DNA of 63,421 bases, counting the filler, from Octopus bimaculoides (Eukaryota), in NCBI RefSeq assembly GCF_001194135.2. It is 6 parts of 6 records of this genome, joined end to end, with 100 filler letters (N's around TTAATTAATTAA, not from the genome) between each part and the next. Parts side by side here need not be neighbours in the genome. Positions count along the whole stretch, not along the records: positions 48,496 to 61,540 come from NC_068987.1; positions 61,641 to 63,421 come from NC_068983.1; 4 more parts are not named here. One strand, 5' to 3'. Below, piece by piece: positions 53,135 to 63,421 of this stretch (the first letter of the stretch is position 1; each line of letters starts with the position of its first letter). The notes beneath the pieces were generated by a model. It saw only the letters and a list, made by a program, of their open reading frames with translations, was not told the DNA's origin and made no database searches. The position numbers and the translations under genes were made by a program.

Positions 53135-54376
53135 ATTGAGGAAGAGAGGTGTACTCCCTTTAACCCCCTCTAGCATCCATGCGTCATATGAAACTAAGGG
53201 TAGCTAAATGTCTGAAAACGAGCATGAATGTTTAGGACAAACATATGAAAATGCTTTGGACAGGCAAAAGATTAAATTGAAACCCACATTCTTGGAATGA
53301 TATATTAGACAACAGAAACAGAAGAAAACAAATGAAAGAGTAAAATGTGATAGTTGTTACTGGAATGCTTCAGGTGAGCACAATATGTCTAAATAGGGCC
53401 AGCCTAAGCTTAAAGAACAGTAACAACCAATTGTATTGAATTATTGTAAAGTTAAATTTCAAAAGTTGTGACAGCAAGAGAAAGAGATTTGAGTCACTTG
53501 AGCTGATTGCAGTTGTTTACTACCATTATAACTTCATGATCAAAGGAATTAGCCATAACCAATTCTTTTTCTATGATTGACAGTAAATCTGCTGCTATTT
53601 CTCGCAAATCCAATGATGCATCTAGTTATTTAGTCACAGGTCAGCCCAGATCGAGAGGAACTATACCCAAAGTCAATACAGATATGACCATCCCATATTT
53701 TCTCCAACTATGTATCCAGATCTTATATCCCTTTATAAAATTACAAGGTGTTGTGTCAGGAAAATTTGGCTGCTATTTCTAGCATGTCGATCAACGACTA
53801 ACATATTCTCTTGTTGACTTGCAATACGATATATTGTTTAGCCAGGAATCAACACAATCAAGCAGATCTATAGACTCATAGAAAAATCACAGCCATCTCA
53901 TTCATGATCTCATTTTTTATATAACATTACCTTTCATTTTCTTACGATGCTAGGATGTAATTAGATGGAATTTTAACAGTTATTTCTGACAGATCTAGCA
54001 TATGATTTATCTCTCATTTGCTCGAAATGTCTTTGTTATTTTATCCTGGCAGAATTTGAAATGATTTGGCATCAGTTGGGGTTGTTTGCTAAGAAAGTTG
54101 GAAGCTTTAAATTTCTCATTCCGTTTGTTTATTTAGATTAAATTTACACAATGGAATTTCCAGTCAGTAGTTTACTATTTATCGATCTTCAAAGAAAACA
54201 GATGTTTTTGTGAGGAAACAGAACGTACTAAATGATAAGCATGTGTGACATGTGGACATACATATATGTGTGTGTGTGTATGTATACGTATAAACACACA
54301 CACATGTAAATTGTGTGCATATATAGATTATATATACATCTGTATACATATATATGCATATGTATATGTGTATATA

Positions 54377-54427
<51 letters not shown>

Positions 54428-55819
54428 NNNNNNNNNNNNNNNNNNNNNNNNNNNNNNNNNNNNNNNNNNNNNNNNNNNNNNNNNNNNNNNNNNNNNNNNN
54501 NNNNNNNNNNNNNNNNNNNNNNNNNNNNNNNNNNNNNNNNNNNNNNNNNNNNNNNNNNNNNNNNNNNNNNNNNNNNNNNNNNNNNNNNNNNNNNNNNNNN
54601 NNNNNNNNNNNNNNNNNNNNNNNNNNNNNNNNNNNNNNNNNNNNNNNNNNNNNNNNNNNNNNNNNNNNNNNNNNNNNNNNNNNNNNNNNNNNNNNNNNNN
54701 NNNNNNNNNNNNNNNNNNNNNNNNNNNNNNNNNNNNNNNNNNNNNNNNNNNNNNNNNNNNNNNNNNNNNNNNNNNNNNNNNNNNNNNNNNNNNNNNNNNN
54801 NNNNNNNNNNNNNNNNNNNNNNNNNNNNNNNNNNNNNNNNNNNNNNNNNNNNNNNNNNNNNNNNNNNNNNNNNNNNNNNNNNNNNNNNNNNNNNNNNNNN
54901 NNNNNNNNNNNNNNNNNNNNNNNNNNNNNNNNNNNNNNNNNNNNNNNNNNNNNNNNNNNNNNNNNNNNNNNNNNNNNNNNNNNNNNNNNNNNNNNNNNNN
55001 NNNNNNNNNNNNNNNNNNNNNNNNNNNNNNNNNNNNNNNNNNNNNNNNNNNNNNNNNNNNNNNNNNNNNNNNNNNNNNNNNNNNNNNNNNNNNNNNNNNN
55101 NNNNNNNNNNNNNNNNNNNNNNNNNNNNNNNNNNNNNNNNNNNNNNNNNNNNNNNNNNNNNNNNNNNNNNNNNNNNNNNNNNNNNNNNNNNNNNNNNNNN
55201 NNNNNNNNNNNNNNNNNNNNNNNNNNNNNNNNNNNNNNNNNNNNNNNNNNNNNNNNNNNNNNNNNNNNNNNNNNNNNNNNNNNNNNNNNNNNNNNNNNNN
55301 NNNNNNNNNNNNNNNNNNNNNNNNNNNNNNNNNNNNNNNNNNNNNNNNNNNNNNNNNNNNNNNNNNNNNNNNNNNNNNNNATATATATATGTATATATAT
55401 ACACGCACACACACACCGAGACATATATAAAGTGTGTGTATATAACGTGTGTGTGTATATATATATATATATATACACACACATTTATTGAAATGTGGGG
55501 GAAATTGACAGAAATGGCAAGAGTGGATTAGATCATCTAAACATAAACTTGTAGGTTGGGAGATCAAAAATTGGAGAGGGCACTTGCTCTTGGTGCTCTG
55601 GGTGACTTTGAACATTGGAGTTCTTCATTTGCGTCTTGAAAAAGGTTCTCCTATATTAGGTGGATTACATCATCATCATCATATTATTTTCATTTTAAAT
55701 GTTTACTATGTATACATGTATTTCCTTTTTTACTCTTTTGTTTCGTTGTAAACCTCCATTCTTTATGTATTTGTATTGTGCTTGTCATTCATTTCCTTGG
55801 TGGCAAATAAAAGTTGTTG

Positions 55820-55867
<48 letters not shown>

Positions 55868-55914
55868 GGAAAATAAAAATTGTTGTTGATGTTATCATCA
55901 TTATTATTATTGTC

Positions 55915-56139
55915 AGGTGGTCAGTTGGCAGAATCATTAGCACGCTGGACGAAATGCTTTGCAGTATTTTGCCTGTCACTATGTTCTGAATTCAAATTCT
56001 GCCAAGGTTGACTTCACCTTTCATCATTTCGGGGTCGATAAATTAAGTACCAGTGAAACACTGGGGTTGATGTAATCAACTAGTCCCCTCCCTCAAAATT
56101 TCAGCCCTTGTGCCTATATTAGAAAGGATTATTATTATT
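55915..56139 (+). mobile_element. SINE family B (CpG-decayed)
   Basis: tggcagaatcattagcacgc...tttcatcatttcggggtcgataaattaagtaccag...agaaaggattattatt. Confidence 0.9.
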
Positions 56140-56211
56140 TGTGTGGTAAGTAGCTTGCTTACCAACCACATGGTTCTGGGTTCAGTCCCACTGCATGGCA
56201 TCTTGGGCAAG
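56140..56211 (+). mobile_element. SINE family A head only
   Basis: gtgtggtaagtagcttgcttaccaaccacatggttctgggttcagtccc...ttgggcaag. Confidence 0.85.
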
Positions 56212-56327
56212 TTAACTCTTCTTTGTAATTTTTAATAAGGTGTTCAATTGATTAAGACTGTTAACTCTTCTTCCTCAGAGTTTTTATATTCATTATTTTA
56301 CTATGGGTGAGTTGTTGTTTTTGACAC

Positions 56328-56470
56328 TCCGTCGCTTATGACGTCGAGGGTTTCAGTTGATCCGATCAACAGAACAGCCTGCTCGTGAAATTAACGCGCA
56401 AGTGGCTGAGCACTCCACAGATATGTGTACCCTTAACGTAGTTCTCGGGGATATTCAGCATGACACATTG
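56328..56470 (-). mobile_element. SINE-like family D
   Basis: gacactccgtcgc...cagttgatccgatcaac...gtggctgagcactccacag; homologous to 30380-30605. Confidence 0.7.
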
Positions 56471-56845
56471 ATATTAAAAATTACAAAGAAGAGTTAACTA
56501 TCTTTTACCTTTTACTAGTTTTAGTCAATGGACTGAGGCCATGCTGGGGCACTGTCATGAAGTGGGTAATCAAACAAAGTGACCCCAGTACATATGTTTT
56601 TGTTTTTTTCCCCAAAAGTTCATCGCTTGTTCTATTGATCTCAAAATTACTGACCCTGAACTTAAATCTTGGTTAAAAGGATAGTATGTGAAAAACATTT
56701 TATCACAATGATAGTTATTATTTCATATCTATTTTCCCAACTTCAACAATGTACGCTCAATTCATTCATTGTCTGCTTACAAAATGTTATGGCAGTTGTT
56801 AGACTGGTTTGTAATTGCAGTCAAAAGAAATTTTGACTTTGAATT

Positions 56846-57052
56846 ACAGGCACAACAGGAATAAGAAGTAAGAGTGAGAGAAAGTTGTGGTGAAAGAGTA
56901 CAGCAGAGTTCGCCACCATCCCCTGTCGGAGCCTCGTGAAGCTTTAGGTGTTTTTGCTCAATAAACACTCACAATTCCCAGTCTGGGAATTGAAACCGTG
57001 ATCCTATGACTGCGAGTCCACTGCCCTAACCACTGGGCCATTGCGCCTCCAC
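56846..57052 (-). mobile_element. tRNA-derived SINE (Arg-like head), family F
   Basis: Minus strand gtggaggcgcaatggcccagtggttagggcagtggactcgcagtc...ggtttcaattccc with A/B boxes. Confidence 0.85.
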
Positions 57053-57695
57053 TATGGTTGAGACATAACTACAATTGAATGAATGCCTAAAGAACATAAA
57101 CAGAAAATTAATGCTAGGAATATGTCACAAACAATATAAAACTACCTTCGAAAATCATTTTGAGAAATGAAAGCAAAGCATAAGGTTTTGTGTATAAATA
57201 AATGGCCTTTCAGTGACTTAAAATTCAGAAACTAGAGCAGAAGATTAATGAAACCTGATTCAGTGTTGGCTAAATTGAGGTCAAAAGAGCTTACACTTTA
57301 CCAAGAAACAGCTGAACACTAGGTTCACTTTGAAGTGAGTGAGATGTGGTCACAGGGGTTTCACTACAGACCAGCTAATATATATTCTAATTTGGTTTGT
57401 ATAGATAGATTGTGGCTTTAAGATAATACACAAGCATCATCAGTTGAAGCTTTGTGGGACATCCATAAACTGGACAAGCAGGAACTAGATCTCTTGATTA
57501 GAGCCTCTTTAAGTTGAGTTCAAATCCAACTGAAGTCAGTTGGATCTTTCCTGCTTTCAGACTCAATAAAATAACAATTGAGTATTGAGATTATTGTAAA
57601 TGATGACCTTATCCCTATTAAAATTACTGATCTTGAACTTAAATCTTAATCAAAAAGAACAGCAGATGAAAGAAATTTTATAACATTGATAATTG

Positions 57696-57733
<38 letters not shown>

Positions 57734-58510
57734 TACTGGCATGGCTGTATGGTAAGAAGCTTGCTTCCTAACCTCATGCTTCCGGGTTCATATCTATATA
57801 TATATATATATATATACATATNNNNNNNNNNNNNNNNNNNNNNNNNNNNNNNNNNNNNNNNNNNNNNNNNNNNNNNNNNNNNNNNNNNNNNNNNNNNNNN
57901 NNNNNNNNNNNNNNNNNNNNNNNNNNNNNNNNNNNNNNNNNNNNNNNNNNNNNNNNNNNNNNNNNNNNNNNNNNNNNNNNNNNNNNNNNNNNNNNNNNNN
58001 NNNNNNNNNNNNNNNNNNNNNNNNNNNNNNNNNNNNNNNNNNNNNNNNNNNNNNNNNNNNNNNNNNNNNNNNNNNNNNNNNNNNNNNNNNNNNNNNNNNN
58101 NNNNNNNNNNNNNNNNNNNNNNNNNNNNNNNNNNNNNNNNNNNNNNNNNNNNNNNNNNNNNNNNNNNNNNNNNNNNNNNNNNNNNNNNNNNNNNNNNNNN
58201 NNNNNNNNNNNNNNNNNNNNNNNNNNNNNNNNNNNNNNNNNNNNNNNNNNNNNNNNNNNNNNNNNNNNNNNNNNNNNNNNNNNNNNNNNNNNNNNNNNNN
58301 NNNNNNNNNNNNNNNNNNNNNNNNNNNNNNNNNNNNNNNNNNNNNNNNNNNNNNNNNNNNNNNNNNNNNNNNNNNNNNNNNNNNNNNNNNNNNNNNNNNN
58401 NNNNNNNNNNNNNNNNNNNNNNNNNNNNNNNNNNNNNNNNNNNNNNNNNNNNNNNNNNNNNNNNNNNNNNNNNNNNNNNNNNNNNNNNNNNNATTAAGAA
58501 ATAAAATTTA

Positions 58511-58668
58511 CTGTGTGATAAGTAGCTTGCTTACCAACTACATGGTCCCGGGTTCAGTCCCACTGCATGGCATCTTGGGCAAGTGTCTTCTACTATAGCC
58601 TCGGGCCGACCAAAGCCTTGTGAGTGGATTTGGTAGACGGAAACTGAAAGAAGCCCGTCGTATATATG

Positions 58669-58701
<33 letters not shown>

Positions 58702-58902
58702 TTGTGTGTCTGTGTTTGTCCCCCCAACATCGCTTGACAACCGATGCTGGTGTGTTTATATCCCCGTAACTTAGCAGTTCGGCAAAAGAGACCGATAGAA
58801 TAAGTACTAGGCTTCTAAAGAATAAGTCCTGGGGTCAATTTGCTCGACTAAAGGCGGTGCTCCAGCATGGCCACAGTCAAAAGACTGAAACAAGTAAAAG
58901 AG
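58511..58902 (+). mobile_element. SINE family A, near full length
   Basis: Head through gactgaaacaagtaaaagag. Confidence 0.93.
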
Positions 58903-59401
58903 TATACTCATAAATCTTTCACATTCATAATCTGATGGACAATTAATCTACTTTCGTATTTTAATCAGTTGCTTGTTAATTACTCTATTTTTCAGTCCTC
59001 CTTTGTCTCTCTTCTTACTAGGCTTGTTACTATATAGGTCATAGTACGATTTCTTCTGCAATTTATATGAAGTCTTTTTTATCTTGAAAATATTCTTTAT
59101 ATTAGAATTAGTTTCTTAATTAATAAAAATTAATTAAGAATATATTTTTAAGATGAATTTTTACATTATAATTTTTTGCTCGTTTTTTTTTTTGTTGTAA
59201 TTTGTTTCAATATAATAATTATATATCATACAGTAAAGATATAGGTTCTAAAATTTTGTTACAATTACATATCATTATCCTACTAAATTACTAACTGTAA
59301 ATGAAATAAATATACAGGCAAACTTTATTAAATCAACAGAAAACAAGTACTCAATTTTTTATGATGAATATCACTTGCATGCTTCAATTTTTATTCTTTA
59401 A

Positions 59402-59648
59402 GGTTCAGTCCCACTGAATGGCACCTTGGGCAAGTGTCTTCTACTAATGCCTCAGCCCAACTAAAACCTTAGGAGTGGATTTGATAGACAGAAACTGAAA
59501 GAAACCTATTGTGTGTGTGTGTCTTTGTGTCTGTTTGTCTCCCACTACTGCTTGACGACTGGTGTTGGTGTGTTTATGTTCCAGTACCTTAGCGGTTTAC
59601 CAAAAAGAGCGATAGAATAAGTACCAGGCTTAAAAAGGAAAATAAGTA
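59402..59648 (+). mobile_element. SINE family A, older CpG-decayed copy
   Basis: ggttcagtcccactgaatggcaccttgggcaag...gatagaataagtaccaggctt. Confidence 0.85.
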
Positions 59649-60384
59649 ATTGTGTGTGTGTGTTTGTGCCGTTAGAAGTCCTATAATTTAGATGGCTGCA
59701 ATATACAAATAGATGAGCTCTCTGTAACATTGCTTGGTGTCTATGGCTAATATATTTACCTATGAAATGAGCAGTTTAGTTCTTTCTTCTCTGTTTATGA
59801 GCCATGCCCACAGGTGTCAACAATCCTGGACCTTGATGTCAAACTTGGAGATTTGTGAATTTTCTTGGGTAAGATAGAGCAGTGGTTTCCTGTTGCCTTC
59901 TGCCAATTTATATACTGTTTATTCTGCTAATCTTCAATTTACTTGAGCTTACTCTTGAAGTACAAAGCCTATTTAACCCTTTTATGGAGGGACTTGTTCA
60001 TGTGACATCAGGATATGTCCACACACTGGTGAGCCCATGTGACAGTTAGGGGCCATCCCTCTGTATCTTGTATGCCTTAGCCACAGGACCATCTTCTGCT
60101 ATGTGACCCATAACTGAGCCCCTGACAGCTACTACCACTCCAGACTATAACAGATCTTAGGAGTAGTTGTGACCAAGGGGTAACTTCATATTCTCCCAAA
60201 TTCCTGAACTTTTGAACTGGAGTTTCACCATTGGATGCAGTTTAAATGTTTTGAAAAGAGGAAGTTGTTTAGTAGTTCACCTAACTGTAAATATCTGTTC
60301 TAATGCTACTTTATGTAGTTTTTGTACTGTAAACCCGACCATATTTTGGTCAACTTCTCTTCTGAAGAAAAAATGTTGGTATTC

Positions 60385-60585
60385 AGCCCCAGGTTAACCC
60401 TGATAGAGCTAGTCTAAGATCAAATTTTCTAGACATGAATATCTTGTCTTTTTTTTTTTAAAATTTCTTTTTTGATATATTCTATCTAACGTTTTATCCA
60501 ACATTTTCCATCCTTTCTTTTTCTAGATGATAAAGTGTGATTTGGCAGAAATTTGGCTGCTATTTCTTGCAGGTTGTGTTACTTG
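60385..60585. mobile_element. Old repeat family C, longer copy
   Basis: ccaggttaaccctgatagagc...gatcaaa...gtgtgatttggcagaaatttggctgctatttcttgcagg. Confidence 0.55.
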
Positions 60586-61173
60586 CTAGAAATGTATATA
60601 TATTTCCAGGTTAAACTTGTTGTACGGTTGAAAAAATCCTACTTGAACCATGAGAATGGTTATGAATAGTAAAATATCTTTGCTTGAATGACATATAAAT
60701 CTATGTTTGAAAGGTTTGGATATATGATGAGTGGTGGAAGTTACAGTATTATGGAGTTGTGGGTAGCAAATGAGGAATGAAATTTCATGTAGGTGTCATT
60801 GAATCAATTGAAATGCTGTTGTTTCATTTAATGACGTAGCTAATCTTTCTATAGCACTGTATAACAAAACTTTTACTTTTTCTTGTCTTTGATCAGTAAG
60901 TGCTATTTTCTCTTTGCATCTATCTAGAAGGCAAAGGAAATATTGCTTTTGTGACCCAGATATCAATGCTTTGAAATTGACCTATTTTCCATTACATTTA
61001 AGTCAGATTCAGTTCTGAGTTGCAAATATTACCCATTTTTCATATTTTCTAGGGGTAAGCAAATAAGAAATAACAGTTGCTACCCAAGGACAAAATTCCT
61101 ATTACACAGTGTAATTGAAAGTGATATTCAGTCACCTGAAAAAATGTTCTATTTGGTCAGCTTCAGTTTTTAA

Positions 61174-61395
61174 CCCTTTCATTACCGTATTTATTTTGAG
61201 ATGCTCTGTGTTTCTTTCCATTAATTTTAAATATAACAAAGAATTTAGTAAAATAACTTAATTACCATTAAGCTAGTGTTAGGAACATAAATTGTGACTA
61301 AGATTTGGTGGAAGATTTTAATTCAAAACTTAAGAAAACAAGGCATTCGTGCTACAGAACCAGAGGCGGTTTCGGCCGGGTTGGTAACAAAAGGG
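61174..61395 (+). mobile_element. piggyBac-like MITE, 222 bp, TTAA TSD
   Basis: TTAA|CCCTTTCATTACC...GGTAACAAAAGGG|TTAA; colinear with 50542-50761. Confidence 0.9.
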
Positions 61396-61486
61396 TTAAG
61401 TCAGAATCCTAACTTGTATAAAATTGTATTTATGTTCCCATGTAGTAATTTAATAAATTCATTTATGTTTCTTTTTAATATTGCAG

Positions 61487-61523
61487 TTTCTTATGGAACT
61501 CTCTCAAAAGCTTCCAGTTCTTT
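61487..61523 (+). CDS. Candidate 37-nt internal exon, product unknown
   Basis: tttatgtttctttttaatattgcag acceptor and gtaagt donor; all three frames open (e.g. FLMELSQKLPVL). Confidence 0.35.
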
Positions 61524-61640
61524 GTAAGTATTACTTCTTTNNNNNNNNNNNNNNNNNNNNNNNNNNNNNNNNNNNNNNNNNNNNTTAATTAATTAANNNN
61601 NNNNNNNNNNNNNNNNNNNNNNNNNNNNNNNNNNNNNNNN

Positions 61641-62165
61641 CTTTCAAATGGCATAGATTACGATTATAAAGAAACTTGTGGGAGAAAGTTTTTTTCTGAG
61701 GGGGCAGAGAGAGGACTTTTGGAGAATTCACACGATTCGATTTTTTCCTTCGTAACCTTTAGGAAAATGGATATCTTTTAATGAAATCTTATATAAATAC
61801 CTTTCAAATGGCATAGATTACAATTATAAAGAAACTTGTGAGAGAAAGTTTTTTTCTGAGGGGGCGGAGAGAGGACTTTTGGAGAATTCACACGATTTGA
61901 TTTTTTCCCTCATAACCTTTAGGAAAATGGATATCTTTTAATGAAATCTTATATAAATACCTTTCAAATGGCGTAGATTATGATTATAAAGAAACTTGTG
62001 GGAGAAAGTTTTTTTCTGAGGGGGTGGAGAGAGGACTTTTGGAGAATTCACACGATTCGATTTTTTCCCTCCTAACCTTTAGGAAAATGGATATCTTTTA
62101 ATGAAAAAGTTTCATTAAATTTGTGGGGAAAATTTTTTCCAAGGGAGTGGGGAGAGGACTTTTGA
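61641..62165. repeat. 160-bp tandem repeat (about 3 units plus a degenerate partial)
   Basis: Units start ctttcaaatggc at 61641, 61801 and 61961. Confidence 0.95.
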
Positions 62166-62596
62166 AGAGAAAGAAATTCATAAATTATTTTTTTGCTTGA
62201 GTGTAATGATAAAAAGTTTGAAAAAATTGGTGGAACTGATCTTTAACATACTTCCAAAATGGGACTTCATCCATGTGTATCCGCGTGCGTACATGTGCAT
62301 GGGGGGGGCAAGAAAAACATTTACGGAAATGAACTTGTGCAATGTTACACCTCTGAATTTCTTTTTAATTGTGATAATGAATCAAATTAATTTCCCTTCC
62401 ATTTTCTCTTTTTCAATATACAATTAAAAGAGAGAATATGTTGTTACAAACGACATTAAAACTTTAGTAACTTGATAAATCTGCTATTGAACAAGGATTT
62501 TAATTTCATTTGATACACACTTTGCTATCATTTATATGGAAAATTGCAAGTGTGGCATATAAAGACAACTTATTTTAATAGAAATTTTATAGTACA

Positions 62597-63421
62597 CTAG
62601 CAGAAGTGCCCAGCGTTGCTCGGGGCTTAATTGCTTTGAAGTACTCTTAATGATTCTACTCAATTATGACTATTGAGGCAAAGATTGATATAAGTTTACG
62701 CTCAACCAATCAATTTGCAACTGGATAGAAAGCCCTGCAAAGAGCATTGCAACACTCTCAGAAGGGGGTAACAATAGAATGTGAGGTGGCCCTGAAAAAA
62801 AGGCTGTGTTATCGTTCTCACAATTGTAACAATTTGGTAGGTGGTCCTGGAAGGGTGTGTAAAATGTTCGCAGATGAATACGGCGCCTTCTTTTTCCACC
62901 AACGGCAGCGGACATGCTGTTACAAAACTTCATACTCTGTGAAAACAGAATAGATGCCCTATGGAGGAAAGAGGGGGATTAATCATGGGTACCCAGCCCA
63001 TTTTTGAGCATTGCACAATTGGCAATTGAAGCACATTTCCCCTATATTTATGCCAGCACGGATGGAGTAATTAAAGTTGGGCTCATACTTGAAAGCCCGA
63101 GGTGCCAGTAAGGGCTGTTGGGACTCATCACACTGCACGCAGCTTTTCGCCGTCGACTGTTCTGCTGCAATATAGAACATTACCCATGTTGGTCATGGGA
63201 AGGTCTCGCAGTAGTAGCAGAAGCCACATTTTCAATGGTAATGGACCGCCCATCTGCATCTTCAGAAGCCATCGAAGTAGTCATAGCGGCAGCATTCCTA
63301 GCAAGGTAAGTCATCCGTTGTTCCAAATGTTCAGTAGCCGCAGCATTTGTAGCCAGTCGAGTGGCCCGTTGTTCTTGGCCCTCTGAAGCCCTGGAAGCAG
63401 CATTAGCAGCAGCGTTTCTAG
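62597..63421 (-). mobile_element. Helitron, internally deleted; 3' terminus intact; continues past the window end
   Basis: RepHel N-terminal repeats (RASEGQEQRATRL) and AFKYEPNFNYS...IGEMCFNCQLCNAQKW; 3' hairpin ccc(g)agc-aac-gctggg at 62609-62624 then CTAG|T at 62597. Confidence 0.85.

Noticed and set aside
53290-53373. cag|gtgagc donor with an upstream CDSCYW frame
   Set aside because: No credible acceptor, and an in-frame stop lies just upstream.
59814-59868. Possible kinase exon (VKLGD resembling VKLGDFG)
   Set aside because: Stop follows in that frame unless a weak gtgaat donor is used; no HRD or other kinase motifs found.
60856-60960. Further exon-like segments (HCITKLLLFLVFD; RQRKYCFCDPD)
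   Set aside because: Splice signals are mediocre and no family is recognisable; expected by chance.

Overview
Repeat-dense eukaryotic DNA from a draft assembly with many N gaps. Microsatellite density and the SINE families point to a coleoid cephalopod, probably Octopus (inference). No complete protein-coding gene is visible, and almost all ORFs in the supplied track are translations of microsatellites or N gaps. Recognisable content includes many tRNA-derived SINE copies (several with clear TSDs) and degenerate LINE fragments: RTE EN/RT, R4/Dong RLE next to (TAA)n, and a Tx1/L1 C-terminus. Also present are Penelope-type repeats with minimal hammerhead-like motifs, piggyBac-, mariner- and Tigger-like MITEs, a Helentron-type HINE end, an internally deleted Helitron and a 160-bp tandem array. 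The most unusual locus is 19.3-21.5 kb: an RTE element whose EN and RT halves abut in opposite orientations. It is interrupted by a SINE and by a 389-bp near-perfect palindrome with a hammerhead core at its apex. The block 48.5-61.5 kb is CpG-depleted like a methylated gene body and holds candidate micro/small exons of an unidentified gene. Coordinates were read by hand, and element edges without TSDs are approximate. I see no firm evidence of a wholly new system; the findings below are leads.
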